Both the position numbers and the translations under genes were made by a program. The notes beneath the pieces were generated by a model. That model was not told where the DNA came from, ran no database searches, and worked only from the letters and a program-made list of their open reading frames with translations. DNA of 63,940 nucleotides, filler included, from Gemmatimonadota bacterium (GTDB lineage: Bacteria > 4572-55 > J002): assembly GCA_003697105.1 (NCBI GenBank). It is 4 parts of 4 records of this genome, joined end to end, with 100 filler letters (N's around TTAATTAATTAA, not from the genome) between each part and the next. Parts side by side here need not be neighbours in the genome. Positions count along the whole stretch, not along the records: positions 17,556 to 39,259 come from RFFQ01000003.1; 3 more parts are not named here. One strand, written 5' to 3'. Of the stretch, positions 20,272 to 29,762 are shown in pieces. Position 1 is the first letter of the stretch; each line of letters opens with the position of its first letter.

Positions 20272-22521
20272 TCAAAATGTAAAGTCAAGCCCGACTAACC
20301 AGCGCAAAGGGTCTTGCGGTGTCAAAATTCCCGGATTTTGAAAATCCTCAGAAGGTTCGCCATCAGAAACATTATAATATCGTGCATCCAATAAGTTATT
20401 GATTTTGAGGAAGATTGACCCCGTTACCAACGGTAAATCGATGATATTCTGATACCGCAAATGTAGATTCACAAGGGTATAAGGGTCATTGGTATATTCC
20501 GGCTGTTTATGGTACGTTTTGGAACGATAAATACCCCGCACAGACCCCATCATCTGGCGCCACGTTAGATCAACCCCGCCTTTAAGGGTATGTTGAGCCG
20601 CATACGGCAAGGGGTTATTTGTTCCGGTGCGTTCCATGGTACCATCGATAAAACTGTAGGAGAGATAAATTTTGGGCTTGAGAGGTCGCCACGTCGCTAA
20701 AATATCGAGATCAATCGATCCCCCATAGATCGTCTGGGTTCCGACGTTCCCCGGGCGCTCAATCAGGTCAATCACTTTACCTTTGAAAATACCCGGTTCG
20801 AGGGTGGCATCACGGACAATGAAGTCGTAAACTTTAGTGAAGTACACATTTGTAGATACCGCCACATAGCGAGATAGTGCCCTCTCAATTCCCGCCTCAA
20901 CGGTACGCAAGTATTCCGGTTTTAAGTCAGGGTTTGGTAAGTGCATAAAGCCGCTCTTGACATCCACCACCTCCCCCTCATCATTCAATACCGGGAAAAA
21001 CGTTCCATAGTGGTAATACGCTTTATAGGGGGAGGGTTCTAAAAACGCCTCACCGTACATCAACTTGAAGGTTGTCTGCTTTTGTGGTTTCATGACAACC
21101 CCGAGGCGCGGATTCACACTGGCATCATAGCGCGTGCTATAATCATAACGCATCCCCAAGGTCAACTGAATAGTCGGATTTAGGATAAGTTGCAGTTGCC
21201 CATAGACACCATAATTTTGGTAATTCAGGTGGTAATAGTCCTGCATAATCTCCAGACTATTGCCCTGATAATCAACTAACCCTTCTGTTCCCAAGTAGGG
21301 AATTTCCTGACTATCCGTGGATTGATTGACATCAAATTTATAGGGTAAATCGTTGGTTTTGGGCAACGCCGTAATATCCTCGCACATCCCTCCCACAATC
21401 AGAGATAAATTGGCATGGGGACGGTAGGTCAGTTGTTCCTCCAGCTTGAAGGAACTACTGCGCCCGTATTCCCATCCCTCTTGATAATTGGTGTAAAGAT
21501 TGAGCCATTTGGTTTCGGGATGTAAGGTGAACGTACTGGTAGAAATTTCGGTGAGCAATTGCCAGGCGTCTGCTGGATCGAGACGGTACCGGGCATAGAT
21601 GTTCTGGACGGACATCGCATGGACGACATCCTTCCGGTAAATCGAAAATTCCGGCGGGTTGGAAATGGAAGTGTTGTGGGATTCATAATTGCGGGAAAAA
21701 CCAATTTCAAACGTATCGTAAGCTAGCCGTCCCTGCACAAAATAGGCGGAAGTGGGCATCTCAAAGGGATAAATATCCAGATAGACCGGACCCGTGAAGG
21801 ATGGCATTTCACCGGTTTGGGAATAGACCTCGTTATAATAACGGAACGCCTCGGGATAGAGCTGGGGGAAATCCGGCTCATCGGTATCATAAAAATTACC
21901 GGAAATACAGTATGACCCTCGTTGATTGGCAAAGGTTCGTCCGTAAATAAACCCGTGATCGGTGGTGTTATAGCGGCCAAAACTGCTACTGAGAACACCT
22001 CCTTGCCAATCAGACCCATTTTTGGTGATAATATTGATCACCCCGGCAAAGGCATCAACCCCATATAGGGCGGAAGCGGGTCCTAAAATGACTTCCACCC
22101 GTGCCGCGTTATCCAACGCATAATTGGCACCTATCGCGTGAGGGGTACCGGTGGAGCTATTGATCCGAAAACCATCGAGCAAAATGATAAATTTCTCATT
22201 GCCGTAAATCCCTCGTAGCGTGTAAACACTATTGAATTCTGATGCCGATTTTTTCTGGATTTCAATCCCCGGGATGTCTTCCAGCAGTTCTTCCAGATTC
22301 AAGTATCCGCGGGTCTGAATTTGGTCCGCCGTGACAACATAAATGGTTGCCGGTGCTTCGGAAGCCATTTGAACCAATTTAGATGCTGTAACGACCTTAA
22401 CATTAAGCAACTCAGAAATCGGTAGCTCAAACAGTTCATCTGGTTTTACCTCCGTCTGTCCATAGACCCATCCCGACCCAATAAGACAAATACAACAAAG
22501 GTAGCCGATGAAATTGCGCAT
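20272..22521 (-). CDS. TonB-dependent receptor
   Basis: ELLNVKVVTASK...APATIYVVT; plug ARVEVILGPASALYG...GVINIITK; NPDLKPE; INNLLD; C-terminal Phe. Confidence 0.93.
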   Translation of the reverse strand: MRNFIGYLCCICLIGSGWVYGQTEVKPDELFELPISELLNVKVVTASKLVQMASEAPATIYVVTADQIQTRGYLNLEELLEDIPGIEIQKKSASEFNSVYTLRGIYGNEKFIILLDGFRINSSTGTPHAIGANYALDNAARVEVILGPASALYGVDAFAGVINIITKNGSDWQGGVLSSSFGRYNTTDHGFIYGRTFANQRGSYCISGNFYDTDEPDFPQLYPEAFRYYNEVYSQTGEMPSFTGPVYLDIYPFEMPTSAYFVQGRLAYDTFEIGFSRNYESHNTSISNPPEFSIYRKDVVHAMSVQNIYARYRLDPADAWQLLTEISTSTFTLHPETKWLNLYTNYQEGWEYGRSSSFKLEEQLTYRPHANLSLIVGGMCEDITALPKTNDLPYKFDVNQSTDSQEIPYLGTEGLVDYQGNSLEIMQDYYHLNYQNYGVYGQLQLILNPTIQLTLGMRYDYSTRYDASVNPRLGVVMKPQKQTTFKLMYGEAFLEPSPYKAYYHYGTFFPVLNDEGEVVDVKSGFMHLPNPDLKPEYLRTVEAGIERALSRYVAVSTNVYFTKVYDFIVRDATLEPGIFKGKVIDLIERPGNVGTQTIYGGSIDLDILATWRPLKPKIYLSYSFIDGTMERTGTNNPLPYAAQHTLKGGVDLTWRQMMGSVRGIYRSKTYHKQPEYTNDPYTLVNLHLRYQNIIDLPLVTGSIFLKINNLLDARYYNVSDGEPSEDFQNPGILTPQDPLRWLVGLDFTF

Positions 22522-22640
22522 GGTTTCCCCCAATAAAAAAATAATAAAAAAAAGAACACCTGATACTTCAGATGTTCCTATTGTACACCAAACCGCGCAA
22601 TTAGAGCAAGCTTTTTCCGGAGACAGCCCGCCTTTCTACC

Positions 22641-23090
22641 TTAGCAAGCCCATTGTTTGCCAGCTACTGGAGATTTGAGGTCTTCGACCTCCACCAACGT
22701 CTCCAGATTTGACGTTAGCAGGTATTCACGGATATTTTGCCGAATATCGTTGTAATCCTGATGCAGAGGACAGGGCTCTTTTTCACTACACCGTCGATCC
22801 CCAATGGCGCACGTTTCAAAAAAGGTTTCAAGGTCTTCAAACACATTCATCACTTGAAATAAACTGACTTCTTTGGGGTCTTTTGCCAACGAAAACCCAC
22901 CATTGGGGCCTTTGGTGGATTTTAAAATTTTAGCTTGAACGAGCTGTTGAAGCAACTTGGAGAGAAAATGCTTCGGAATGCCTTCTTCTTTGGCAATGAT
23001 TTCCCCCCGGCAGGGAGCTTCATCCTGATGCTTAACCAAATACGAGAGCGCTCGCACAGCATACTGGGTAGATTTGGAAAAGATTAACAT
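22641..23090 (-). CDS. Rrf2 family transcriptional regulator, probably Fe-S binding
   Basis: SKSTQYAVRAL, IPKHFLSKLLQQL, STKGPNGGF, C-x6-C-x5-C-PLH. Confidence 0.92.
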   Translation of the reverse strand: MLIFSKSTQYAVRALSYLVKHQDEAPCRGEIIAKEEGIPKHFLSKLLQQLVQAKILKSTKGPNGGFSLAKDPKEVSLFQVMNVFEDLETFFETCAIGDRRCSEKEPCPLHQDYNDIRQNIREYLLTSNLETLVEVEDLKSPVAGKQWAC

Positions 23091-23159
23091 ACGCTTTCTT
23101 TCTATACTGGACTCAACGAAATAGGCACCACTTAATAAATAGATATACTAATCTAGTGA

Positions 23160-23188
23160 ATTATATACCCGTTTAATTGGAATGTCAA
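23160..23188 (-). promoter_or_regulatory. Consensus sigma70 promoter of the Rrf2 gene
   Basis: TTGACA-N17-TATAAT, perfect match on the minus strand. Confidence 0.85.
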
Positions 23189-23239
23189 GTTAAAATTAAC
23201 GATAACCACCTCTATTTCTTGAATTTGTTTTATCTTTCC

Positions 23240-23272
23240 AACAAAAACGGCGAGATTCATGCGAATCTCGCC
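23240..23272 (-). terminator. Intrinsic terminator after pilC
   Basis: 10-bp perfect stem GGCGAGATTC/GAATCTCGCC, 4-nt loop, followed by GTTTTTGTT on the minus strand. Confidence 0.8.
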
Positions 23273-23307
23273 TGTTTTAGCCCTTGAAAATAACAGTAGC
23301 GATGCGG

Positions 23308-24561
23308 TTATTGCACCCCGCGCCGGATCACCATCCCCAGATAAAAGACCGGTAAATACACCACAATGATGATCGAACCGACGACAATCCCGGTAAAAAT
23401 AATCAGAAGCGGTTCAATCAGCGTGGTCAAGCGGCTCACGGCGGAATCCACCAGTTTTTCGTAGAATTGCGCCGCTTTAAGAAGCAATGAGTTCATTTCG
23501 CCAGTTTCTTCGCCGGTGGAAACCAGTTGCAACAGGGTTGGTGGGAACACATTTGATTTTTCCAATGATTCGGCAATAGTGTACCCATTACGGACGAGGC
23601 TTTGGGCTTGTCCCACACCGAGTTCATAAACCCGATTCCCAACAACATTTCGGAGCAAGCCTAATCCTTCCACTACCGGGATCCCGGAACCGATCAAAAT
23701 CCCGAAGGTACGGGCGAACCGGCTAACCACGGCATTTTCGATGATCCCCCCGATGATCGGGAATCGTAGCTTGAACCGGTCAAATAACAGACTGCCAGTA
23801 TCCGAAAGGGAAAAGATAAACAGAATTAAAAAGGTCAGGAAGAGGAGCCCCATTGCCACCAAAAAGTTATCCGTAACGCCGTGGGACACCGCCAGCAGAA
23901 TTTGGGTGGGTAGCGGTAAATCGGCGCCAAAACGGATATAAATCCGCTCGAACATGGGCACAATTTTCCAGACCAAAATCGTCACCACAAAGATCAAAAA
24001 ACCGACCACAAACATCGGGTAAAAAAGTGCCGAAAGTACTTTGCGACGGGTATCTTCCGTACTTTCCAGATAATCTGCCAAATCCTCAAGAATGGTGTGC
24101 AAGGTCCCGCTCAACTCTCCGGATTTGACCAGAGCGCAGTAAAGGCTGGAAAATACACCCGGATGTTTTTGCATGGCTTCGGAGAGTGTCAAGCCGGTTT
24201 TAATATCTTTTTCCAACTCTCCCAGTACCCGCTTAAAGCGGCGATTGCGTTCATGCGTGGCTAAGTTGGAAAGTGCTTTTTCGAGGGTTAATCCCGCGGA
24301 AAACATAGTCGCCAACTGCCGGGTGAAGAAGACCAATCGATTTAAAGGGACAGATGTACGGAGCTTATAAACCGCCGCTCCAATCCGGTCTGTCAGGCTC
24401 TCGCGCGTTCGATAGGCGCTATCGCCGGCACTGGTGATAGAAATAACCGTGTGCCCCTTCTCATAGAGTTTATTGAGGGCGGCATCCAATGTGTCGGCAT
24501 TTAAAAGCCCTTCTTCACGAACACCGGATTTATTTTTGACGATATAAGAAAAAGTTGCCAT
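23308..24561 (-). CDS. pilC: Type IV pilus platform protein PilC (T2SS-F family)
   Basis: FTRQLATMFSAG, GELSGTL, ALFYP, GEETG, LIEP. Confidence 0.93.
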   Translation of the reverse strand: MATFSYIVKNKSGVREEGLLNADTLDAALNKLYEKGHTVISITSAGDSAYRTRESLTDRIGAAVYKLRTSVPLNRLVFFTRQLATMFSAGLTLEKALSNLATHERNRRFKRVLGELEKDIKTGLTLSEAMQKHPGVFSSLYCALVKSGELSGTLHTILEDLADYLESTEDTRRKVLSALFYPMFVVGFLIFVVTILVWKIVPMFERIYIRFGADLPLPTQILLAVSHGVTDNFLVAMGLLFLTFLILFIFSLSDTGSLLFDRFKLRFPIIGGIIENAVVSRFARTFGILIGSGIPVVEGLGLLRNVVGNRVYELGVGQAQSLVRNGYTIAESLEKSNVFPPTLLQLVSTGEETGEMNSLLLKAAQFYEKLVDSAVSRLTTLIEPLLIIFTGIVVGSIIIVVYLPVFYLGMVIRRGVQ

Positions 24562-24668
24562 GTCCGAATTTTATCGAGTTTAAATTTTGGAATTTAGAGT
24601 TATTTTCAATAGGGATTAGGTTTCTCACCGGTGGTACGGGTTTCAAGCCGGGGCAATTTCTAAACACA

Positions 24669-26387
24669 CTATTCGGCGATAGTCACACGGAGGACTTCTT
24701 TGACCGTTGTTTTGCCCTCGAACAACTTCCGTAGTGCATCTTGCCGCAGGGTTTCCATACCGAGTTTCAGGGCTTCTTCGCGCACAATTTCTGGGTTGGC
24801 ACTATCGAACACCAATTTCCGAATCGGGGAGAGCATCTCCAAAATCTCAAAAACAGCGGTACGTCCATAATAACCGGTGCCCCGGCAATGCGGACATCCC
24901 CGCCCCATGAAGACCGTTTTGCCTTCTAGGTCTTTTTCGGTCATTTCCAATCCGATTAATTCCTCCGGTGAGGGAGTATATGGCTCTTTGCATTGTTTGC
25001 AGATCGTCCGCACCAGACGTTGCGCCATCACCAAGTTGAGTGAAGACGCCACCAAATAAGGTGGAATCCCAATGTCAAGTAATCGTGTCACCGTGGAAGG
25101 GGCGTCGTTGGCGTGGAGCGAGCTAAACACCAAGTGACCCGTCAGGGAGAACTTCACCGCAATATCGGCGGTCTCCAAATCTCGAATTTCCCCGATAAGA
25201 ACAATATCCGGGTCTTGACGCAAGATGGAGCGCAAGGCACTACCAAAGGTTAAATCAATTTTGGTATTCACTTGCACTTGATGAATACCATCCAGTTGGT
25301 ACTCAACAGGGTCTTCCACCGTAACAATATTGGTTTCGACGGATTTGATCTCATTGAGTGAGGAATAGAGGGTGGTACTCTTCCCGGAACCGGTGGGACC
25401 GGATAGAATCACCATCCCGTAGGGACGCATAATCCAGCGGCGAAAAATCGACAATTTTTCCGGATCGAATCCCAAATTGGTCAAATTGAGATTAAAGGAG
25501 GTTTTATCCAGCAAGCGGAGCACCACTTTTTCACCCAACACCGTCGGTAAGACCGACACCCGGACATCGACCTCGCGATCCGGTAGTTTCAGAGTGAAAC
25601 GCCCATCCTGCGGCAACCGTCGTTCGGCTAAATTGAGCTTAGAAAGCACCTTAATCCGGGAAACAATGCCACTGCCGGAGGATTTCGGCGGCGTCATTAC
25701 CTCCTGCAAGACCCCATCGATCCGGTAACGAACCACCATGTTGTGTTCTGCTTGTTCAATATGAATGTCGGTGGCGCGGCTTTTGATCGCTTCCGAGAGA
25801 ATCAGATTAACCAGTTTTACAATTGGGGCATTATCGACTTCTTTTTGAAGATTTGCCAGATCGGTTTCATCGCCTTCTTCAGTCTCGGAAATAAACTCCA
25901 GACCGCCGAGCAATTCTTCCACTTCGCCGGATTTCCGCACCGCTTCGTAATGTTTATCAATCGCCATTTGGATATGCTTTTTGTGAGCCAATAGCGGATT
26001 GATGTTAAATTCCGTCAGCTTACGGATATTATCCACCACGACGATGTCATCGGGGTCGGTTAAAGCCACGGAAAGGACGTTATCCGAGCGGGCAAATGCC
26101 AAGACGGAATTTTCTTTAGCAAAGGGTTCCGGGATAACCCGGACAATTTCGGGGCGGGCATCCAACAGCGTATCCAAATCGACACTCTTCATACCCATTT
26201 GGAGGCCCAACGCATAATCTAAATCAGCTTTATCGAGGTATTCCATCTCAATCAAGGTTTCACCAAGCCGTTTACCCCGTGTTTTTTGCTCGTTTAGGGC
26301 TTCGTTTAGGCGGTCTTCCACCAACAGACCTTCCTGAACTAAAATCGTTCCAATCATTGAAAATTCAGGATTATACGTATCACTCAT
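24669..26387 (-). CDS. pilB: Type IV pilus extension ATPase PilB
   Basis: N-terminal MshEN-like IGTILVQEGL...RLGETL; GPTGSGKSTT; TVEDPVE; LRQDPD; TGHLVFSSLH; Cys4 motif CKQC/CPHC. Confidence 0.95.
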   Translation of the reverse strand: MSDTYNPEFSMIGTILVQEGLLVEDRLNEALNEQKTRGKRLGETLIEMEYLDKADLDYALGLQMGMKSVDLDTLLDARPEIVRVIPEPFAKENSVLAFARSDNVLSVALTDPDDIVVVDNIRKLTEFNINPLLAHKKHIQMAIDKHYEAVRKSGEVEELLGGLEFISETEEGDETDLANLQKEVDNAPIVKLVNLILSEAIKSRATDIHIEQAEHNMVVRYRIDGVLQEVMTPPKSSGSGIVSRIKVLSKLNLAERRLPQDGRFTLKLPDREVDVRVSVLPTVLGEKVVLRLLDKTSFNLNLTNLGFDPEKLSIFRRWIMRPYGMVILSGPTGSGKSTTLYSSLNEIKSVETNIVTVEDPVEYQLDGIHQVQVNTKIDLTFGSALRSILRQDPDIVLIGEIRDLETADIAVKFSLTGHLVFSSLHANDAPSTVTRLLDIGIPPYLVASSLNLVMAQRLVRTICKQCKEPYTPSPEELIGLEMTEKDLEGKTVFMGRGCPHCRGTGYYGRTAVFEILEMLSPIRKLVFDSANPEIVREEALKLGMETLRQDALRKLFEGKTTVKEVLRVTIAE

Positions 26388-26429
26388 AATGATTTTATAT
26401 CCTCATCACGTTTATAAGAAAATCAAGAG

Positions 26430-26472
26430 AAAGAAACCCGTTCTCCCTCTCCAACCGAAAACGGGTTTCTTT
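26430..26472 (-). terminator. Intercistronic hairpin / terminator after the Ig-repeat gene
   Basis: 13-bp stem AAAGAAACCCGTT/AACGGGTTTCTTT with a 17-nt loop and T-rich tail on the minus strand. Confidence 0.55.
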
Positions 26473-26491
26473 AATTCCGTCTGACGCTTTT

Positions 26492-29400
26492 TTAACGCGC
26501 TTCCAACACCCGCACTTGAATGGTCTCGCTATCATTGATTTCAGGGTGAAGCGGATCAAATTGGAAGGTTTGAATTTCGCACCCATAGGTACCGGGGGTA
26601 TCAAAATCATCATAACAGACCCGGAAGGTCGTTTGGAAGATACCGGTGGCATCGGTAATACCCGGCGATTCTAAGATGGTACCGCACTCTAGGGTATTCA
26701 CGGCGACCACAATACCGCCCTGCGGCAATCCAAATTCATCAGTAGCTCGTACAAAAACATCCACATCTTCACATTGACCCGGTTCAGATAGGGTCACAAA
26801 CTGCGACAGCAACTGGACTTCCAAATAGAGAAACTGCGGAATACTAATATCGAAGAACATCGGGGTCGTATTGACGACGGAGTCGCAGACCGCTGTTAGA
26901 AAGAGAGTTTCAAAAGCAGCATTACTGTTGGCATAGACATAGGTGTACGCAATACCGGGGTCGGGACCAGCACCCTGCCCGGATTCCCCGATGTCAATCG
27001 GCAGAACATTTGACGTCCAGGTGTACGCCGCAATGGTGGCAATGGGTGGGTCAACTGACCAGTACACGACGGTGCTATCATCCACCGGATTGGTATAGAC
27101 ATCGCGCACTAAAGCACTACAGACCACGCGGAACACCCCGCCATTTGCCTCCATGTTGATGAGGTCAAAACCAATGTCAATTCGATGGGGTGGGCCCGCG
27201 GCAATCGTCACATTACGGTACGTTTGCCAATTCTCCATGCCTTCGGCACGAACATCCAGCCGGATCGTACCCGGATTCGTGCCACTGAAGATGCTCACCC
27301 GGGCAATTCCGCCAATATCGGCAATCACAGACGTTTCATTACCGATGCCATCCAGATTTTCACCGCCATTGGGTCCAAACATGCGGAAATGAACAAGAGC
27401 ATAGGGGATGGGGTTATTTTCCTGATCCAGGACTAACACTTGCACCACACATTCTTCCTGCCCGCCGGTATTTACTACTTGAATTCGCGGAGTGCTAAAG
27501 TAAACTTCCAGCGCATTGGGCTCCGGCGTCCAAGGGAGGATAGTGATCGGCGCCGTGGTGGCTTGCAAACGCCCTTCGAGGAAGGATGCCGTAACCTGAA
27601 CCACAACCGCTTCTTCAATCGGTTCTTCAAACCCATCATGGAAGTTTACAATTGCCCGCCCTAAGGAATCCGTAACGGCAAAGGATCGGACAATGCCGAT
27701 ATTATCAGTCGTCGAGAAATAGATACGCTGTCCCGGCACCGGCTCATCTAACACGGTGGTCAAAGTAGCGGTAATTCGGCACGAGTCACCCACACCATCC
27801 GCATTTTGAACCGTGCGGTTGGTGGAAACAGTGAGTTGGAAGTAATCTTCCGGCGGCAAGATGGTAATTCGGACGGAATCTTGAAGACCCAACGAGTCGT
27901 TCCCTGCCAACACCCAGACTTCAGCCGGTTCGGTCGGCGGGATGTCAAAGCGTTCTTCAAAAATCCGGTTCAAAACCCCGTTGGAATTGGTGACCGAGGG
28001 GGCTGGACGAATCCCAATCAGACCCGGAAACTCCGCTAAGGAGCGTTCAGCAATGGAGACATTGACCGGCACTCCCGCGAGAATGTTCCCGTCGCGGAAC
28101 ATCCGAATCCGGATGATTGAGGAATCCCCAATGCCACCGGCAATTTCGCGCGGAATCGCTTGTATGGTCATTTCATGAACTGCCGGTGCTAGGGTCACAA
28201 AAACGGAGTCCCGCACACCTAAGGTATCATTCTTAGCAATCACAAGGGTTTGCAAGGGGTGCTGCGGTACTGGATTTAATTCTTCACCCAGAAAATATTC
28301 CACAATCCCGTTGAAGTTAGTAGTATTCGGATTCTCTTCTTGCTCAGTAAAGAGATTCACCTGACCGGCATAGGTATAATCGGTGGGACGTGCCGGAATG
28401 TATAAGTCCACCATGCGCCCGGACAGAGGGCTACCATCCCGGGTAAGATACGCCTGAATAAGCGCAGATTCTTCTACCCCCGCTTTGATCCGGGTCGGAA
28501 TGGCTGAAACATCAATGCTATAGGTTGCCGGTCGGACTTCGAGGGATGAGACCGCATAAGCGGCATTGCTAAAATTGGCAAAAATTTCGATAGAGAAGGG
28601 TTCGGTAATGGCGGACGCATTCAAGACGGGGCGGAAATACGTACGCGCCACACCTACCGGAATGGTTTCTTCCTCACCACCGGCACTGGTGCGCACATTA
28701 CCGGGGTATAAACTGCCATAATCGGGTGTATTCAGGCTAAAATTAATCCACTGATTGGGTACAGCCACCCCATTGGCATCAATTAACGTGGCATCAATGG
28801 CAACATTTCCCGCATGTCCCGAATAAATAAAACGCGGATGGCTGAGAACCAAGCGATAACCGGTCGGAGGAGGCAATAAGATAATCACCATAGAATCCGC
28901 CACCTGTGCATTACCGGCTCGAACTTGAACTGGTAGCGGTTCGGTGGGTGCATTTTGGCGAGTAAATCGATCCACAAGGTAAACGGAAACTTCACCATTG
29001 GAATCGGTTACATAAACCCCTTCATCGGGTCCGGGTCGAAGGGTAACATTGGAGGTATCCACACCGGACAGCCCAAAATCGATTTCGACGCCCGGGACGG
29101 CTCTGTGGTCAATATTGGTTAAAAGGGCTTCGATCCGGATGGAATCTCCAATACCGGTGTACATGGAATATACTTGTTCATTGGCGGCATTATAGGCTTT
29201 CAAATCCGCATAAATCGGCGTGGGCGCATCCTTAGAAAAAATAACATTAAAAAACTGTTGGACGTTATTATCCGTCTGGATGGTCACCGCAATGTTTCCA
29301 AAGATAGGGGTTTGGGTGCTTGGGTCCCGGTTTAGGATAGTTGCTTTGGCAATCCCCTCGCTATCGGTGATGGGTTGGGTGACAGCAATATCGCCTCGTT

Positions 29401-29686
29401 CGGCAGAAAAATAGACTTTAACACTATCTAACAAGCTAAGGTCTTGTGCTTTGACCTGTACTTGCAGTTCAACACTGGTAACACCTTGCGTTTGAACCCG
29501 ATAATTGGTACTGTCCGGACTCAGCAAGGAAATAAAGTACGGAATACGCGGTGTCGGCTCAACAATCGGGTTTGAAGAGACTTGTTTTTCCGGTTCGCGG
29601 GTATCGCAACCCATTAGACCAACGGTCAGGGTCGCCATCACCAGCATCAGGACAATCAATAAAAAAGGTCGTTCAAACATATTCAT
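26492..29686 (-). CDS. Large lipoprotein with tandem invasin/Big_1-like Ig domains
   Basis: Lipobox GLMGC; recurring units such as ITATLTTVLDEPVPGQRIYFST...VTDSLGRA and IDATLIDANGVAVPNQWINFS; RBS GAGGGTG. Confidence 0.75.
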   Translation of the reverse strand: MNMFERPFLLIVLMLVMATLTVGLMGCDTREPEKQVSSNPIVEPTPRIPYFISLLSPDSTNYRVQTQGVTSVELQVQVKAQDLSLLDSVKVYFSAERGDIAVTQPITDSEGIAKATILNRDPSTQTPIFGNIAVTIQTDNNVQQFFNVIFSKDAPTPIYADLKAYNAANEQVYSMYTGIGDSIRIEALLTNIDHRAVPGVEIDFGLSGVDTSNVTLRPGPDEGVYVTDSNGEVSVYLVDRFTRQNAPTEPLPVQVRAGNAQVADSMVIILLPPPTGYRLVLSHPRFIYSGHAGNVAIDATLIDANGVAVPNQWINFSLNTPDYGSLYPGNVRTSAGGEEETIPVGVARTYFRPVLNASAITEPFSIEIFANFSNAAYAVSSLEVRPATYSIDVSAIPTRIKAGVEESALIQAYLTRDGSPLSGRMVDLYIPARPTDYTYAGQVNLFTEQEENPNTTNFNGIVEYFLGEELNPVPQHPLQTLVIAKNDTLGVRDSVFVTLAPAVHEMTIQAIPREIAGGIGDSSIIRIRMFRDGNILAGVPVNVSIAERSLAEFPGLIGIRPAPSVTNSNGVLNRIFEERFDIPPTEPAEVWVLAGNDSLGLQDSVRITILPPEDYFQLTVSTNRTVQNADGVGDSCRITATLTTVLDEPVPGQRIYFSTTDNIGIVRSFAVTDSLGRAIVNFHDGFEEPIEEAVVVQVTASFLEGRLQATTAPITILPWTPEPNALEVYFSTPRIQVVNTGGQEECVVQVLVLDQENNPIPYALVHFRMFGPNGGENLDGIGNETSVIADIGGIARVSIFSGTNPGTIRLDVRAEGMENWQTYRNVTIAAGPPHRIDIGFDLINMEANGGVFRVVCSALVRDVYTNPVDDSTVVYWSVDPPIATIAAYTWTSNVLPIDIGESGQGAGPDPGIAYTYVYANSNAAFETLFLTAVCDSVVNTTPMFFDISIPQFLYLEVQLLSQFVTLSEPGQCEDVDVFVRATDEFGLPQGGIVVAVNTLECGTILESPGITDATGIFQTTFRVCYDDFDTPGTYGCEIQTFQFDPLHPEINDSETIQVRVLEAR

Positions 29687-29762
29687 AATAGGTCACCCTC
29701 CTAACGGTATGGGATGGATGTAGGAAATCTCATTTATGCTCATGATGAAGCATCAATGGGGA

